Below, one piece after another: positions 9,054-19,888 of a DNA stretch of 64,000 bases. Each line of letters begins with the position of its first letter. Within the stretch, counting starts at the first letter, position 1. The DNA is taken from contig QZKH01000006.1 in the NCBI GenBank assembly GCA_003598025.1, forward strand, positions 108,035 through 172,034. Direction: 5' to 3'. A program made the position numbers and the translations under genes. This stretch comes from Candidatus Omnitrophota bacterium. Lineage in GTDB: Bacteria > Omnitrophota > Gorgyraeia > Gygaellales > Profunditerraquicolaceae. A model generated the notes under the pieces. It had not been told where the DNA came from, ran no database searches, and worked only from the letters and a program-made list of their open reading frames with translations.

Positions 9054-10391
9054 ATGCCTCAAGATTTAACATTAGACAAGATCCCTCCGCAGAATCTAGA
9101 AGCTGAAATGGCGTTATTAGGCTCTATGCTTATGGACGAAAACGCTATTTCGGTTGCCGCCGAATCATTGAGCGCAGAGTGTTTTTATAAAGATGCGCAT
9201 AAGAAGATTTTCCAGGCAATACTTGAATTATACAATTCCAACAAGGCGGTCGATCTTATTACACTTACAGATGAATTAAAAAGAGACAACCTTATTGATG
9301 AGATCGGAGGAGTAAGTTTTCTTACGGGCCTGGTTAATTCCGTACCTACTGCCGCTAATGCTTCATATTACGTAGGGATAGTAAAAGAAAAAAGCCTGCT
9401 TAGGGGCCTGATTAACAGCGCTACCAGGATAATCGCGATGTGTTATGAAACACAGGGCCATATTGATGAGGTAGTTGATAGTGCTGAAAAGCTTATTTTT
9501 GATGTCAGGGACACAAGAAGCCAGAGTAGCTATTTGCTTCTAAAGGAAATAGTAAAAGACAGCATAGAAACAATAGACAAGCTGTACCAGAAGAAGGCCC
9601 ACGTTACGGGTATACCTACAGGTTATATAGATTTTGATTTAAAGACCGCAGGACTTCAGCCATCAGACCTTATTATCGTTGCAGGAAGGCCTTCAATGGG
9701 TAAAAGTGCTTTGGCGCTTGGCATAGCTGAATATGCCGGAGTGGTTGAAAAGATGCCCATAGCAATATTCAGCCTTGAGATGTCAAAAGAGCAATTGGTG
9801 CAAAGGATGCTCTGTTCGCATGCCAAAGTGGATGCTAATAAAGTGCGTACAGGTTATTTGGCAACTTCCGATTGGCCGAGGCTTACTGCCGCAGCCGGTA
9901 AACTTTCAGAGGCACCTATATTTATAGACGATACGCCGGCAATCTCGGTCATGGAATTAAGGGCAAAAGCAAGGCGCCTTAAAATGCACCACGATATAAA
10001 GCTTATAATCCTTGACTATTTGCAGCTTATGCGGGGCTCAGTCAGCATAGAAAACAGGCAGCAGGAGATATCGGAGATTTCGCGTTCATTAAAGGCCTTA
10101 GCCAGGGAATTAAGCGTCCCGGTTATTGCCGTTAGCCAGCTTTCCCGCGCTGTAGAATCCCGCAATGACCACAGGCCTCAATTATCCGATTTGAGGGAGT
10201 CCGGTGCTATTGAGCAGGACGCAGACCTGGTTGTCCTTATACTTAGGGAAGAGTATTATAACCCTTCTCCTGATAATCAGGGCATAGCCGAGATAATAAT
10301 TGCAAAGCAGCGTAACGGGCCCGTAGGTTCGCTTAAATTGACATTTTTAAAAGAGTATACAAGATTCGAGAACATCGCACGCATAGAATAA
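9054..10391 (+). CDS. dnaB: Replicative DNA helicase
   Basis: GRPSMGKS, DYLQLM, SQLSR, DLRESGAIEQDAD, KQRNGP. Confidence 0.98.
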   Translation: MPQDLTLDKIPPQNLEAEMALLGSMLMDENAISVAAESLSAECFYKDAHKKIFQAILELYNSNKAVDLITLTDELKRDNLIDEIGGVSFLTGLVNSVPTAANASYYVGIVKEKSLLRGLINSATRIIAMCYETQGHIDEVVDSAEKLIFDVRDTRSQSSYLLLKEIVKDSIETIDKLYQKKAHVTGIPTGYIDFDLKTAGLQPSDLIIVAGRPSMGKSALALGIAEYAGVVEKMPIAIFSLEMSKEQLVQRMLCSHAKVDANKVRTGYLATSDWPRLTAAAGKLSEAPIFIDDTPAISVMELRAKARRLKMHHDIKLIILDYLQLMRGSVSIENRQQEISEISRSLKALARELSVPVIAVSQLSRAVESRNDHRPQLSDLRESGAIEQDADLVVLILREEYYNPSPDNQGIAEIIIAKQRNGPVGSLKLTFLKEYTRFENIARIE

Positions 10392-10442
10392 TTACCAAAA
10401 AACAAATTGATAAAACCCAAACACTTTAATATAATATCAATA

Positions 10443-12830
10443 ATGAAAAAAAATTCAAAGATACCCTTAGCCTTATTTTTATTAAGCTTTCCCTTATTTA
10501 TCTATGGGGCACCTGTTTTTTCCCAGGATGTTACTGCGCAGGATAAGCAGGAAGTTTCCGCCGAAAATCGGGCTCCGGAAACCGTTCCGGCAGAAGAAAT
10601 CCAGCCTAAGACAATCACCTCTATCGAGGTTACCGGTAATAAGTCTATAAGCAGTAATGTAGTTATCTCTAAGATGAAATCCCGCGTCGGCAGTCCATAT
10701 CAAGAGAATGTTGTGAGCGATGATTTAAAGAGGCTGTTTGAGTTAGGTTATTTCTCCGATATTAAGATAGATACCCAAGACTATAAAGATGGGCTTAAAC
10801 TTATTGTTTCGGTTACCGAAAGGCCCATAATTGAGAAAATTGATTTTAATGGCATTAAGCGTCTTTCTTATACAGACGAGAAGTTAAAGAGCATGCTTAA
10901 GTCCAAGGAGACGCAGTATCTTGATTACCCCAGCCTTAATGACGATTTGTCAACGATAAAGAAGATGTATGAAAAACTGGGGTTCAGCCTTGCTGAAGTA
11001 GATTACAGCGTTGATATAAGCAAGGATACCAATAAAGCTGTTGTTGTTTTTAATGTCAAAGAGGATAGAAGGATCAGGATAAAAAGGATATTTGTCGATG
11101 GGAATGTTTCTTTTTCGGATCGAAAGATACTTAAGCTCCTAAAGACAAAGAGGGCCTGGCTTTTTAATGCCGGAGTCCTTAAAGAAGATACTTTAGAAGA
11201 CGATATTGAACGTGTAAGGGCTTTTTACCGAAAACAGGGTTTTAGTGACGTAAAAGTTGACCACGAGGTTAAGAATGACGGCAAAAAGTTTCTTTATATT
11301 TATATTTCTATCGAAGAAGGAAAGAAGTATTTAGTTGGCGGGGTTTCCGTAAGAGGCAATGTTGATATTCCGGAAAAAGATATCCTTGAGCAGCTTAAAT
11401 CCTGCATACCTGGAAAAGTTTTCAGCCAGGAAGCCATGAAAGAGGATATAGCAAGTATCCAGAGCCTTTATTTTGACCGAGGTTATATATTTGCGCAGGT
11501 ACAGGAGACTACCCTGGTAAACAGTGATACCGGCAGGGTGGATATAGCCTATAATATTATAGAAAATCAGATCGCTTATGTGGATAAAATAAAGATAAGG
11601 GGAAATATCAAGACTAAAGATATTGTCATACGCAGGGAGCTAAGGATTAAACCCGGCGACAGGTTTGACGGGGAGAAACTCAGGCGCAGCAAGGAAAGGC
11701 TCAAGAACTTAGGATTCTTCGACGAGATTAGTTATGATACCGAGGATACTGTGGTGCCGAACGAAAAGGACCTTATAGTTGATGTAAAAGAATCCAAGAC
11801 CGGAGCTTTTAGTTTCGGCGGAGGTTACAGCACTGTTGACGAATTCATTGGTTTTGTTGAGCTTGAACAGAAGAACTTTGATTGGAAGAATTGGCCGTAT
11901 TTTACGGGTGATGGGCAGAACTTAAGGCTGCGCACATCTTTCGGTTCATTAAGCTCGGGATTTGACCTAAGCTTTACTGAACCATGGCTTTTTGATTATC
12001 CTGTCTCTTTCGGGTTTGATGTATATAAGAAGACGCACGAACGCGAATCAGATGTAGGCTATGGTTATGATGAGGATATAACCGGAGGGGATTTAAGGCT
12101 CGGTAAGGAACTCAGCGAATATGTAAAGGGTAATCTCGTCTATCGTTATGACAGGATAGACATTTCAAATATCTCACCGGAAGCAACAAATGATTTAAAG
12201 AAAGAAGAAGGCAAGAATACAATAAGCAGTATGCAGTTTGGGCTGACTTTTGACAGCAGGGACAATGTTTTTGACCCGATAAAGGGAGATATGCTCAGCG
12301 GCACAGTAGAAACTGCCGGCGGGCCGTTCGGGGGGGATAAGGATTTTGTGAAATTCTTCGGCCGGGTTTCGCACTATATACCTTTATGGAAGAAGTCTTC
12401 CCTTGAGCTAAGGGCCAGGGCAGGTGTTGTCGATGCGTATGGTGATTCAAACGATGTCCCGATATATGAGAGATTTTTTGCCGGCGGTGCTTATACAATA
12501 AGAGGTTATGAAGAAAGAAAAATCGGGCCGATTGATCCTGTTTCAAAGGACCCCTTAGGCGGTAATTCCATGGTTGTAGGCAACATAGAATATGTTTATC
12601 CTGTTTTTGATTTTCTTAAAGCGGCAGTTTTTTATGACACCGGTAATGTCTGGGCAAAAATGGGTGATATCGGTGACGGAGGCTTTAAATCAAGTTTTGG
12701 GTTTGGCATCCGTATCAAAACCCCGATCGGGCCGATTATGCTTGATTACGGTATCCCGCTTGATAAAGAGCCGGGAGAGGATTCCAGGAGCGATGGCAGG
12801 ATCCACTTTAGCATGAGCCACGGTTTCTAA
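10443..12830 (+). CDS. bamA: Outer membrane protein assembly factor BamA
   Basis: Signal peptide, POTRA repeats, IRGY motif, C-terminal F; start taken at ATG 10443. Confidence 0.95.
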   Translation: MKKNSKIPLALFLLSFPLFIYGAPVFSQDVTAQDKQEVSAENRAPETVPAEEIQPKTITSIEVTGNKSISSNVVISKMKSRVGSPYQENVVSDDLKRLFELGYFSDIKIDTQDYKDGLKLIVSVTERPIIEKIDFNGIKRLSYTDEKLKSMLKSKETQYLDYPSLNDDLSTIKKMYEKLGFSLAEVDYSVDISKDTNKAVVVFNVKEDRRIRIKRIFVDGNVSFSDRKILKLLKTKRAWLFNAGVLKEDTLEDDIERVRAFYRKQGFSDVKVDHEVKNDGKKFLYIYISIEEGKKYLVGGVSVRGNVDIPEKDILEQLKSCIPGKVFSQEAMKEDIASIQSLYFDRGYIFAQVQETTLVNSDTGRVDIAYNIIENQIAYVDKIKIRGNIKTKDIVIRRELRIKPGDRFDGEKLRRSKERLKNLGFFDEISYDTEDTVVPNEKDLIVDVKESKTGAFSFGGGYSTVDEFIGFVELEQKNFDWKNWPYFTGDGQNLRLRTSFGSLSSGFDLSFTEPWLFDYPVSFGFDVYKKTHERESDVGYGYDEDITGGDLRLGKELSEYVKGNLVYRYDRIDISNISPEATNDLKKEEGKNTISSMQFGLTFDSRDNVFDPIKGDMLSGTVETAGGPFGGDKDFVKFFGRVSHYIPLWKKSSLELRARAGVVDAYGDSNDVPIYERFFAGGAYTIRGYEERKIGPIDPVSKDPLGGNSMVVGNIEYVYPVFDFLKAAVFYDTGNVWAKMGDIGDGGFKSSFGFGIRIKTPIGPIMLDYGIPLDKEPGEDSRSDGRIHFSMSHGF

Positions 12831-12884
12831 ATAAAGTTAACCATATCTTAATAAATGATATCGGGATTAAAAGGAGGAAGGTTG

Positions 12885-13391
12885 ATGAAAAAAGTAAGAA
12901 TTGTATCATTAGTGGTCATTTTTGTAGCAGCTCTTTTCCTAAACATAGCTTATTCTGCGGATAAATTTGCCTATGTAGATTTAAGCAGGATCTTCAGCGA
13001 ATACAAGAAAACACAGGACTACGAAAAGACCCTCGGTGATAAAGAGTCGGTCTACAGCAAAGAAAGAGACAAAAAGATAGATGAGCTCAAGAAATTGCAG
13101 GATAAATTGAATTTACTCAGCGATAAGGATAAGGAGACCAAGCAGAAAGACCTGGAAATAAAAGTCAAGGACTTGCAGGGTTTTGACCGCCAAAATCAGA
13201 CCGACCTGCGTAAAGAGCAGGATGAGAAAATGAAAGAGATACTTAAAGACATAGAAGAGACTGTGAAATCTTATTCCGAAAAGGAAGGCTATACCATGGT
13301 TTTTAATGACAGGGTCCTGGTTTACCAGGTTAAGAATATGGATATAACCGATAAGATAGTAAGCATCCTGAATAAGAATTATAAAAAATAG
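12885..13391 (+). CDS. skp: OmpH/Skp periplasmic chaperone
   Basis: Signal peptide, KFAYVD, coiled coil, DITD; AGGAGG RBS before ATG 12885. Confidence 0.9.
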   Translation: MKKVRIVSLVVIFVAALFLNIAYSADKFAYVDLSRIFSEYKKTQDYEKTLGDKESVYSKERDKKIDELKKLQDKLNLLSDKDKETKQKDLEIKVKDLQGFDRQNQTDLRKEQDEKMKEILKDIEETVKSYSEKEGYTMVFNDRVLVYQVKNMDITDKIVSILNKNYKK

Positions 13392-13402
13392 TTCTGCGTT
13401 TA

Positions 13403-14443
13403 ATGAAAAGAACACTCGGCGAAATAGCAAAGTTTATAGGGGGCAAGGTAAGCGGGGATGAAAATATTGTTATTACCGGTGTTTCCGGCATAAAAGAGGC
13501 AGGGCCTGAAGATATAACCTTTGTTGCAAACCCCAAGTATTTCTCTTTTGCCGATAAAACAAAAGCCGCAGCCGTAATAGTCTCTGAAGAATTTGGCCAG
13601 ATCGCTAAGCCGTTCATCAGAGTAAAAAATCCTTCCCTTGCGTTTATAAATGTCGTTTCATTTGTATGCCCAAACCAGTCTATTCATAGCAAGGGGATTC
13701 ATCCTTCTGCCATAGTAGCCAAAAGCGCAAAACTCGGTAAAGATGTAAGCCTTGGGCCTTATGTGGTGGTAGAGGAAGGCGCAAGTATCGGCGATAGATC
13801 AATAATTTATGCCGGATGTTTTATAGGCAGGGATACTTCTATAGGCCCGGAGGCATTAATTTATCCTAATGTAACAATCCGCGAAAATGTTGCCCTTGGC
13901 AGCCGTATAATAATACACAGCGGCACAGTTATAGGCTCTGACGGTTTTGGATATGTCAATGTCGACGGGGTGCATCATAAAGTGCCTCAGGTTGGTACGG
14001 TAGTGATAGAGGATGATGTTGAAATAGGCGCGAATGTCACCATCGACAGGGCCAGGTTTGATAAGACTTTTATCGGCAAAGGCACAAAGATCGATAATCT
14101 TGTCCAGATCGCCCACAACGTTATCATCGGCAGCAATTCGCTCGTTATTGCGCAGGCAGGTATCTCCGGCAGTGTTGTTATAGGCAACAATGTCACATTG
14201 GCAGGCCAGGCTGGCTTGTCCGGGCATCTAACAATAGGGGATAATTCGATAGTCGCGGCGCAAGCCGGAGTCACTAAGAGTATACCGGCTAATACAATCG
14301 TTTCAGGTTATCCTGCTAAGCCGCACGATGTGGCAATACGCGTTAATGCCTGTGTGCAAAATTTACCCAGGCTTTATGAGACAGTTAACGAATTAAAAAA
14401 GAAAGTCGATTCCCTTCAGTCAAAATTAAAGGAGAACGGATAG
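13403..14443 (+). CDS. lpxD: UDP-3-O-acylglucosamine N-acyltransferase
   Basis: [19 protein letters not shown], hexapeptide repeats. Confidence 0.96.
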   Translation: MKRTLGEIAKFIGGKVSGDENIVITGVSGIKEAGPEDITFVANPKYFSFADKTKAAAVIVSEEFGQIAKPFIRVKNPSLAFINVVSFVCPNQSIHSKGIHPSAIVAKSAKLGKDVSLGPYVVVEEGASIGDRSIIYAGCFIGRDTSIGPEALIYPNVTIRENVALGSRIIIHSGTVIGSDGFGYVNVDGVHHKVPQVGTVVIEDDVEIGANVTIDRARFDKTFIGKGTKIDNLVQIAHNVIIGSNSLVIAQAGISGSVVIGNNVTLAGQAGLSGHLTIGDNSIVAAQAGVTKSIPANTIVSGYPAKPHDVAIRVNACVQNLPRLYETVNELKKKVDSLQSKLKENG

Positions 14444-14446
14444 CTT

Positions 14447-15769
14447 ATGGATGCCACAAAGCAAAGAACAATTGACAAGCAGGTAAGCTTAAGCGGGATT
14501 GGTTTGCACAGCGCAAAGAAAGTCAATATCACCTTTAAACCGGCAGATATAGATATGGGGATTAGTTTTGTGCGCACAGACCTTCCTAATCGGCCGGTTA
14601 TAAAAGTCACTGCAGATAATTCTGTTGCCCAAGGCAGGTCTCCCCGCAGGACTTCAATCAGCTCTAACGGAGTTGAATTGTACACAATAGAACATCTTTT
14701 AGCTGCCGTATACGGTTTAGGGATAGATAATGTTTTTATTGAAATCGATAATGAAGAAGCCCCGGGCATGGATGGCAGCAGCCATGATTTTATGCAGGCG
14801 TTGCTTAAGGCAGGCATTAAAGAGCAGGATTCTCCCAGAAAAATATATTCCATAAAAGAGCCGGTATTCGTGGAAGAAAACGGTTCTTCTATAATGGTTT
14901 TGCCTTATCCGGAGTTAAGGATTTCATACACGTTAAGTTATGAGCATTCTTTATTAAAAGCCCAGTATCTTGATCTTGTTTTGAATGAAGAAGTTTTTAA
15001 AAAAGAACTCGCTCCTGCCAGGACTTTTTGCCTTGAGAATGAAGCCGCTCAATTACAGCAGCAGGGAGTAGGTAAAGGCGCCAATTATAGCAATACCTTA
15101 GTCGTGGGCAAGAACGGAGTGATTAATAATAAATTACGCTTCGAAGATGAATTCGTAAGGCATAAAATGCTTGATTTAGTCGGAGATTTATATATGTTAG
15201 GCCTGCCTTTAAAAGGCCATGTTATCGCCGTAAAAAGCGGGCATTCTTTGAACCAGAAGCTCATAAGAAAGATAGAACAGCAGAGAAAAAGATCGGTATC
15301 TGCTTCCATTAATATAAACTATAGCCCTGATTCCTCTGAAGAGCTGGATATAAATATGATAATGAAAATCCTCCCGCACAGAGAGCCTTTTCTCTTTGTT
15401 GACAAAATAATATATCTTGAAAAGGGCAAAAAGGCGGTAGGGATTAAGAATGTCACGATCAATGATTATTTCTTTAAAGGGCATTTCCCAGGAAGGCCGG
15501 TCATGCCCGGAGTATTGATTATTGAAGCAATGGCCCAGGTAGGCGGGGTCATGATGCTGGCGCCTGATGAAAACAGGGGAAAACTCGCGTTCTTTATGGC
15601 GGTTAATAATGCTAAATTCAGAAAACCCGTTGTGCCGGGGGACCAGCTTGTTTTTGAGGTTGAGGCAGGCAAGATAAAATCCAAAACTGGCCAGGTAAGC
15701 GGCAGGGCCCTTGTAAACGGCAAAGTGGTAGCCGAGGCAGATTTAATGTTTGCTTTGGTAGAAAACTGA
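14447..15769 (+). CDS. lpxC: Bifunctional LpxC/FabZ
   Basis: [21 protein letters not shown], then [21 protein letters not shown]. Confidence 0.96.
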   Translation: MDATKQRTIDKQVSLSGIGLHSAKKVNITFKPADIDMGISFVRTDLPNRPVIKVTADNSVAQGRSPRRTSISSNGVELYTIEHLLAAVYGLGIDNVFIEIDNEEAPGMDGSSHDFMQALLKAGIKEQDSPRKIYSIKEPVFVEENGSSIMVLPYPELRISYTLSYEHSLLKAQYLDLVLNEEVFKKELAPARTFCLENEAAQLQQQGVGKGANYSNTLVVGKNGVINNKLRFEDEFVRHKMLDLVGDLYMLGLPLKGHVIAVKSGHSLNQKLIRKIEQQRKRSVSASININYSPDSSEELDINMIMKILPHREPFLFVDKIIYLEKGKKAVGIKNVTINDYFFKGHFPGRPVMPGVLIIEAMAQVGGVMMLAPDENRGKLAFFMAVNNAKFRKPVVPGDQLVFEVEAGKIKSKTGQVSGRALVNGKVVAEADLMFALVEN

Positions 15770-15771
15770 TT

Positions 15772-16569
15772 ATGTCAATTCATCCAACAGCGGTAATTTC
15801 AAATAAGGCAAAATTAGGTAAAGGTGTTTCTATAGGCCCTTACAGCGTAATAGGCGATGGTGTAAATATCGCTGATAACGTTAAGATAGCCAATTCCTGC
15901 ACTATTACGGGCAATACTTCAATAGGAGCAAACTGCAATATTTTTAGCGGAGCGGTTATAGGAAGCGTGCCGCAGGATTTGAAATATAAGGGTGAAAATA
16001 GTTTCCTGGTAATAGGCAAGGATAATACCATCAGGGAATTTTGCACTTTCAATCCCGGTACAAGCGAAGGCTCTAAGACGATTATCGGAGACGGTAACCT
16101 TTTTATGGCCTATACCCATGTTGCACACGATTGCGTAGTGGGCAATAATTGTATTATAGCTAATGTCGGCACTTTGGCCGGCCATGTAACGATTGAAGAT
16201 GGGGCAGTTATCGGGGGGATCGTTGCTATACATCAGTTTGTAAGGGTAGGCACTCTTTCTATAATCGGGGGCTGTTCTAAGGTCGTCCAGGATATCCCGC
16301 CGTTTTCAACCTGTGATGGGCATCCTGCCCGTGTTTATGGACTTAATTTAATCGGTTTAAGGCGTAAGCAGATCCCCAGGCAATCTATCACCTGTCTAAA
16401 CAGCGCATTCAATATTCTCTTTACCAGGGGCATATCCATTAAGCATGCCTTAGAAGAGATCGAGAAGGCTAAACTATCAGAGAATCAAGAGGTAGGATAC
16501 CTTGTGAATTTTATAAAGAACTCCAAAAGAGGTCTATCTCGCTCCTGTCGCTCACCAAAAGAAGAATAA
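15772..16569 (+). CDS. lpxA: UDP-GlcNAc O-acyltransferase
   Basis: PQDLKY, HVAHDC, LAGHV, HQF. Confidence 0.96.
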   Translation: MSIHPTAVISNKAKLGKGVSIGPYSVIGDGVNIADNVKIANSCTITGNTSIGANCNIFSGAVIGSVPQDLKYKGENSFLVIGKDNTIREFCTFNPGTSEGSKTIIGDGNLFMAYTHVAHDCVVGNNCIIANVGTLAGHVTIEDGAVIGGIVAIHQFVRVGTLSIIGGCSKVVQDIPPFSTCDGHPARVYGLNLIGLRRKQIPRQSITCLNSAFNILFTRGISIKHALEEIEKAKLSENQEVGYLVNFIKNSKRGLSRSCRSPKEE

Positions 16570-16572
16570 GCT

Positions 16573-17376
16573 ATGGAAAGAATAGGCTTGATCGCCGGTA
16601 ACAGAAAATTTCCTATAATTTTCTCCGAGGCTGCAAGAAAAAAAGGGTATGAAATTGTAGCCATAGCTATAAAGGGGGACACTTCCGCCAAGATCAATCA
16701 GCTTGCAGATAAAGTTTACTGGCTTAAGCTTAGCGATTTCAGCAGGGTTTTTGACATATTGAATTATGAAGGCGTAAAAAAAATATTAATGGCCGGACAA
16801 ATCAGCCCCTGGAGGCTTTTTAGCAAAGAAGTCCAAAAGGACAAGTCCCTTAAAGAAATACTTGATTCGTTAGCTGATAAAAGAGCCGATACGATATTCG
16901 GCGCAATAGCCGATAAATTCAGCGAGAGAGGGTTTGAGATACTGGATTCAACGAGCCTTATTGAAGAGCAGCTTCCCAAGAAAGGCACGCTCACTAAAAA
17001 ACAGCCTGATTTTAAAGGCTGGGAAGATGTATATTTCGGATTTGAGCTGGCAAAAAAGGTGGCCTTCTTAGACATAGGCCAGACTGTTGCCGTAAAGCAA
17101 AAAGCAATTGTTGCCATTGAGGCGCTTGAGGGTACCGACAAATTGATAAAAAGAGCAGGTAAAATTGCAAGAGGCGGCATTACAATAGTAAAGGTAAGCA
17201 AGCCTAAACAAGACAAGCGTTTTGATATCCCGGTCGTAGGTTTAAGCACTATTAAGAATCTCATTAAGGCGCGCGCCCAATGCCTTGCCATAGAGGCAGG
17301 TAAGACATTATTTATAGATAAAGAGATAAGTTTAGCTTTTGCTGATAGGCACGGGCTGGCAATAGTCGCAGTTTAA
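16573..17376 (+). CDS. lpxI: UDP-2,3-diacylglucosamine diphosphatase LpxI
   Basis: GLIAG, DIGQTV, EALEGTD, KPKQDKRFDIPVVG; follows lpxA. Confidence 0.92.
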   Translation: MERIGLIAGNRKFPIIFSEAARKKGYEIVAIAIKGDTSAKINQLADKVYWLKLSDFSRVFDILNYEGVKKILMAGQISPWRLFSKEVQKDKSLKEILDSLADKRADTIFGAIADKFSERGFEILDSTSLIEEQLPKKGTLTKKQPDFKGWEDVYFGFELAKKVAFLDIGQTVAVKQKAIVAIEALEGTDKLIKRAGKIARGGITIVKVSKPKQDKRFDIPVVGLSTIKNLIKARAQCLAIEAGKTLFIDKEISLAFADRHGLAIVAV

Positions 17377-17436
17377 GTAAACCCTTGACTTTATCTCTTA
17401 ACTAATGTATAAATGATTTTGTAAAAAGGAGGAGAT

Positions 17437-17712
17437 ATGCCCAGAGTTGCAAAACAAAAAACCGCGCAGTTCAGGATTTTTGCACCTTCGGCTAACAGGG
17501 TCGTTGTAGCAGGTAGTTTTAATAATTGGAATACAAGTTCATTATCGGCGAAGAAAGATTCAAAAGGCAATTGGGTGGCCAAAGTGAACTTAAAACCCGG
17601 TAAATACGAATACAAATTTCTCGTCGATAATAACTGGGTAAATGATCCGAAGTGCACCAGTAGTATATCCAATTCATTCGGCTCTACAAACAGCGTTCTT
17701 GAGATAAAGTAA
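17437..17712 (+). CDS. Small CBM48/AMPK-beta-like glycogen-binding protein
   Basis: VVAGSFNNW, GKYEYKFLVD..W..DP; AGGAGG RBS. Confidence 0.88.
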   Translation: MPRVAKQKTAQFRIFAPSANRVVVAGSFNNWNTSSLSAKKDSKGNWVAKVNLKPGKYEYKFLVDNNWVNDPKCTSSISNSFGSTNSVLEIK

Positions 17713-17731
17713 CATTGAACATAGGGATATT

Positions 17732-17778
17732 TAAGCCCCCACTTTTTGAATTTAAACTGCTTGAAACGTGGGGGTTTT
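17732..17778 (+). terminator. Probable intrinsic terminator
   Basis: AAGCCCCCAC..GTGGGGGTTTT stem followed by a T tract. Confidence 0.5.
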
Positions 17779-17788
17779 TCTTTTAAAT

Positions 17789-18508
17789 ATGAAATACATA
17801 TATGGTCCGATAAAATCACGCAGAATAGGGACATCTTTAGGCATTTCTTTGACTGAAAGAAAGATCTGCAGCTTCGACTGCATATATTGCCAAGTTGGCA
17901 ATACTACACATAAGACAGCGCAGAGAAAAGAATACGTCGCTGTAAATGATGTGATTTCAGAGCTTAAAGAGTGGGTCAGCCTGAATAAAGATGCGGTTAA
18001 AAAGCTTGATTATGTTACTTTTTCCGGATATGGAGAACCGACTCTAAATCCGAAGATCGGCAAGCTTATAAAAGAAATAAAAGCTTTTATGCCGGTTAAG
18101 GTTGCTGTAATTACCAATGCATCTTTATTATGGGATAAAGAAGTAAGGGATAGCTTGACCGGAGCCGACCTGATTGTCCCTTCTCTGGATGCGGTAACTC
18201 AGGAATTATTTGAGAAAATAGATAAGCCTCATGAAGATATTAGTTTAGAGAGGGTAATCGGAGGCCTTATTGACTTAAGAAAAGAATTCAAAGGTAAAAT
18301 CTGGCTTGAAGTTATGTTTATTAAAGGCATTAATGATACCCTGGAGCATGCTTATAAGCTCAAAGAGATTATTGGGCGCATAAATCCTGATAAGATTCAG
18401 ATGAACTCGCCTGTGCGTGCCACTGCCCAAAAAAATGTGCTTGGTGTAGACAAAGACCAGCTTCTAAAGATCAAAGAAATACTCGGAGATAAGGCAGAGA
18501 TTATATAA
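17789..18508 (+). CDS. Radical SAM protein (TYW1/COG0731-like)
   Basis: YGPIKSRRIG.SLG, CSFDCIYC, GEPTL. Confidence 0.88.
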   Translation: MKYIYGPIKSRRIGTSLGISLTERKICSFDCIYCQVGNTTHKTAQRKEYVAVNDVISELKEWVSLNKDAVKKLDYVTFSGYGEPTLNPKIGKLIKEIKAFMPVKVAVITNASLLWDKEVRDSLTGADLIVPSLDAVTQELFEKIDKPHEDISLERVIGGLIDLRKEFKGKIWLEVMFIKGINDTLEHAYKLKEIIGRINPDKIQMNSPVRATAQKNVLGVDKDQLLKIKEILGDKAEII

Positions 18509-18513
18509 GATTT

Positions 18514-18587
18514 GCGCCCATAGCTCAATTGGATAGAGCACTAGTCTTCGGAACTAGGTGTTGCTGGTTCAACTCCAGCTGGGCGCA
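18514..18587 (+). tRNA. tRNA-Arg(TCG)
   Basis: GCGCCCA/TGGGCGC acceptor, CTAGT-CTTCGGA-ACTAG anticodon arm. Confidence 0.93.
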
Positions 18588-18885
18588 TTTGAAATTGGTC
18601 CCTAAACTCACAAGATTTGGGATTTTGCCGCAGAAAGCGGCACACCCGCGCAAATCCACATAAGCGCGGGGTGTCTGTTGTTGGTATCAATTGGTATGCT
18701 GTTGCATGATGTGGTGTGAAAGTGGGTCAGAAAATGGGCACTTCCCCGTAAACACCCCTACCCCATACCCCCCGAAGCACCCCCAAGAGCAAAATCTACT
18801 GCCTTGGGATTCGCTTGTATACAAAAAGCAGGGTTAAGGGAAGAAGAATATAGAAGGGGAGGGTTTCCCCTCCCCAGTAGAGAAC

Positions 18886-19191
18886 TTAGCGGACACCACA
18901 GACAGGATTGAATTGTTCCCTGAGTTCTTGTTCAATCTGCATACGGCTTGTTTGTTGTAATCCTGGTGTGTAAAGCACAGCGACCTTCAGTGTGCCAATG
19001 CGATTTCTTGTCCAGCAGTTTTCTCTTTCGTGATTCTCGACTCTCGATTTCACAGTTGCAGACTCGCCAACATCAATTACTATCAGCTTGCTACTTCTGT
19101 CATCGACAATCGCGTAGACCCCGGCTCTATCCTGTAAGTAGCCCGTATAGGCATAAGGGCCTTCGAAGTTGTACTTCCCGATTGTCACCAT
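18886..19191 (-). CDS. Small GIY-YIG-like nuclease domain protein
   Basis: GVYAI..IDVGES..RV..H..IEQ.L..FNP pattern; AGGAGG RBS; downstream hairpin near 18855-18875. Confidence 0.6.
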   Translation of the reverse strand: MVTIGKYNFEGPYAYTGYLQDRAGVYAIVDDRSSKLIVIDVGESATVKSRVENHERENCWTRNRIGTLKVAVLYTPGLQQTSRMQIEQELREQFNPVCGVR

Positions 19192-19411
19192 TTGGTAATT
19201 CCTCCTGTGTTAAAAGATTGTTTCGCCGACTTTCTCCCCGCTCGTCTTCTTAGGTTCCGTTCATAACGCCTCCTTCGTGAGCGGAATACAGGAAGGAAAG
19301 TTGTTGACTTTCTCCAAGGCTAACATACAATATTGTTAACCGTAGTAAACACAAAGCAGATGAGATAGGTATTCCGCAATCGCCTTTATCCATCTGTTTT
19401 TGTGCAGTCCA

Positions 19412-19439
19412 ATTATACCACTTTGGTGAATGATGTCAA
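19412..19439 (-). promoter_or_regulatory. Leftward sigma70 promoter
   Basis: Minus strand TTGACA-16-TATAAT with TG extension. Confidence 0.7.
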
Positions 19440-19461
19440 GCATTTATTAAAAATATAAATC

Positions 19462-19490
19462 TTGACATATACTGCATTTTGTGGTAAGTT
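19462..19490 (+). promoter_or_regulatory. Rightward sigma70 promoter for the Xre operon
   Basis: TTGACA-17-TAAGTT with TG extension. Confidence 0.5.
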
Positions 19491-19522
19491 TATTCTAGTT
19501 TAAAAAAAAGGGGGGGCATAAA

Positions 19523-19888
19523 GTGGACATCAATAATGTTGATCAGCAGATAAATTGTTTTATAGGTCGTAGGATTACTGAGCTTAGACTGCAAAAGGGA
19601 TGGTCACAATCGCAACTTGCTGAAGCTATTGGCAAAGATAGCGCAACGGCTATTTCTTATTTTGAGAGTGGAGCGAGGAAAGTCAGTATAGATGATTTAA
19701 TAAAGATTGCGAAAGTTTTTGATAAAACGATTGCAGACTTTCTGCCTAGGACTGCTACAGATCAAGTTGAGCCAAAAGATTTTGCTCTAAAGCTTAGGTC
19801 AAACTACAACAGTCTTGATAAAGAAACCGAGAAAAGTATTCTAGACTTTACCGAATTAGCGAAAAAGAAGTTTGGAAAGAATAAATGA
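19523..19888 (+). CDS. Xre-family HTH repressor
   Basis: RITELR..GWSQSQLAE..ISYFESG.R. Confidence 0.9.
   Translation: MDINNVDQQINCFIGRRITELRLQKGWSQSQLAEAIGKDSATAISYFESGARKVSIDDLIKIAKVFDKTIADFLPRTATDQVEPKDFALKLRSNYNSLDKETEKSILDFTELAKKKFGKNK

Noticed and set aside
370-17291. Numerous minus-strand ORFs of 60-175 aa
   Set aside because: They are shadows antisense to well-supported housekeeping genes; the same applies to those within the hydrogenase, trehalose, dnaX and ABC-F genes
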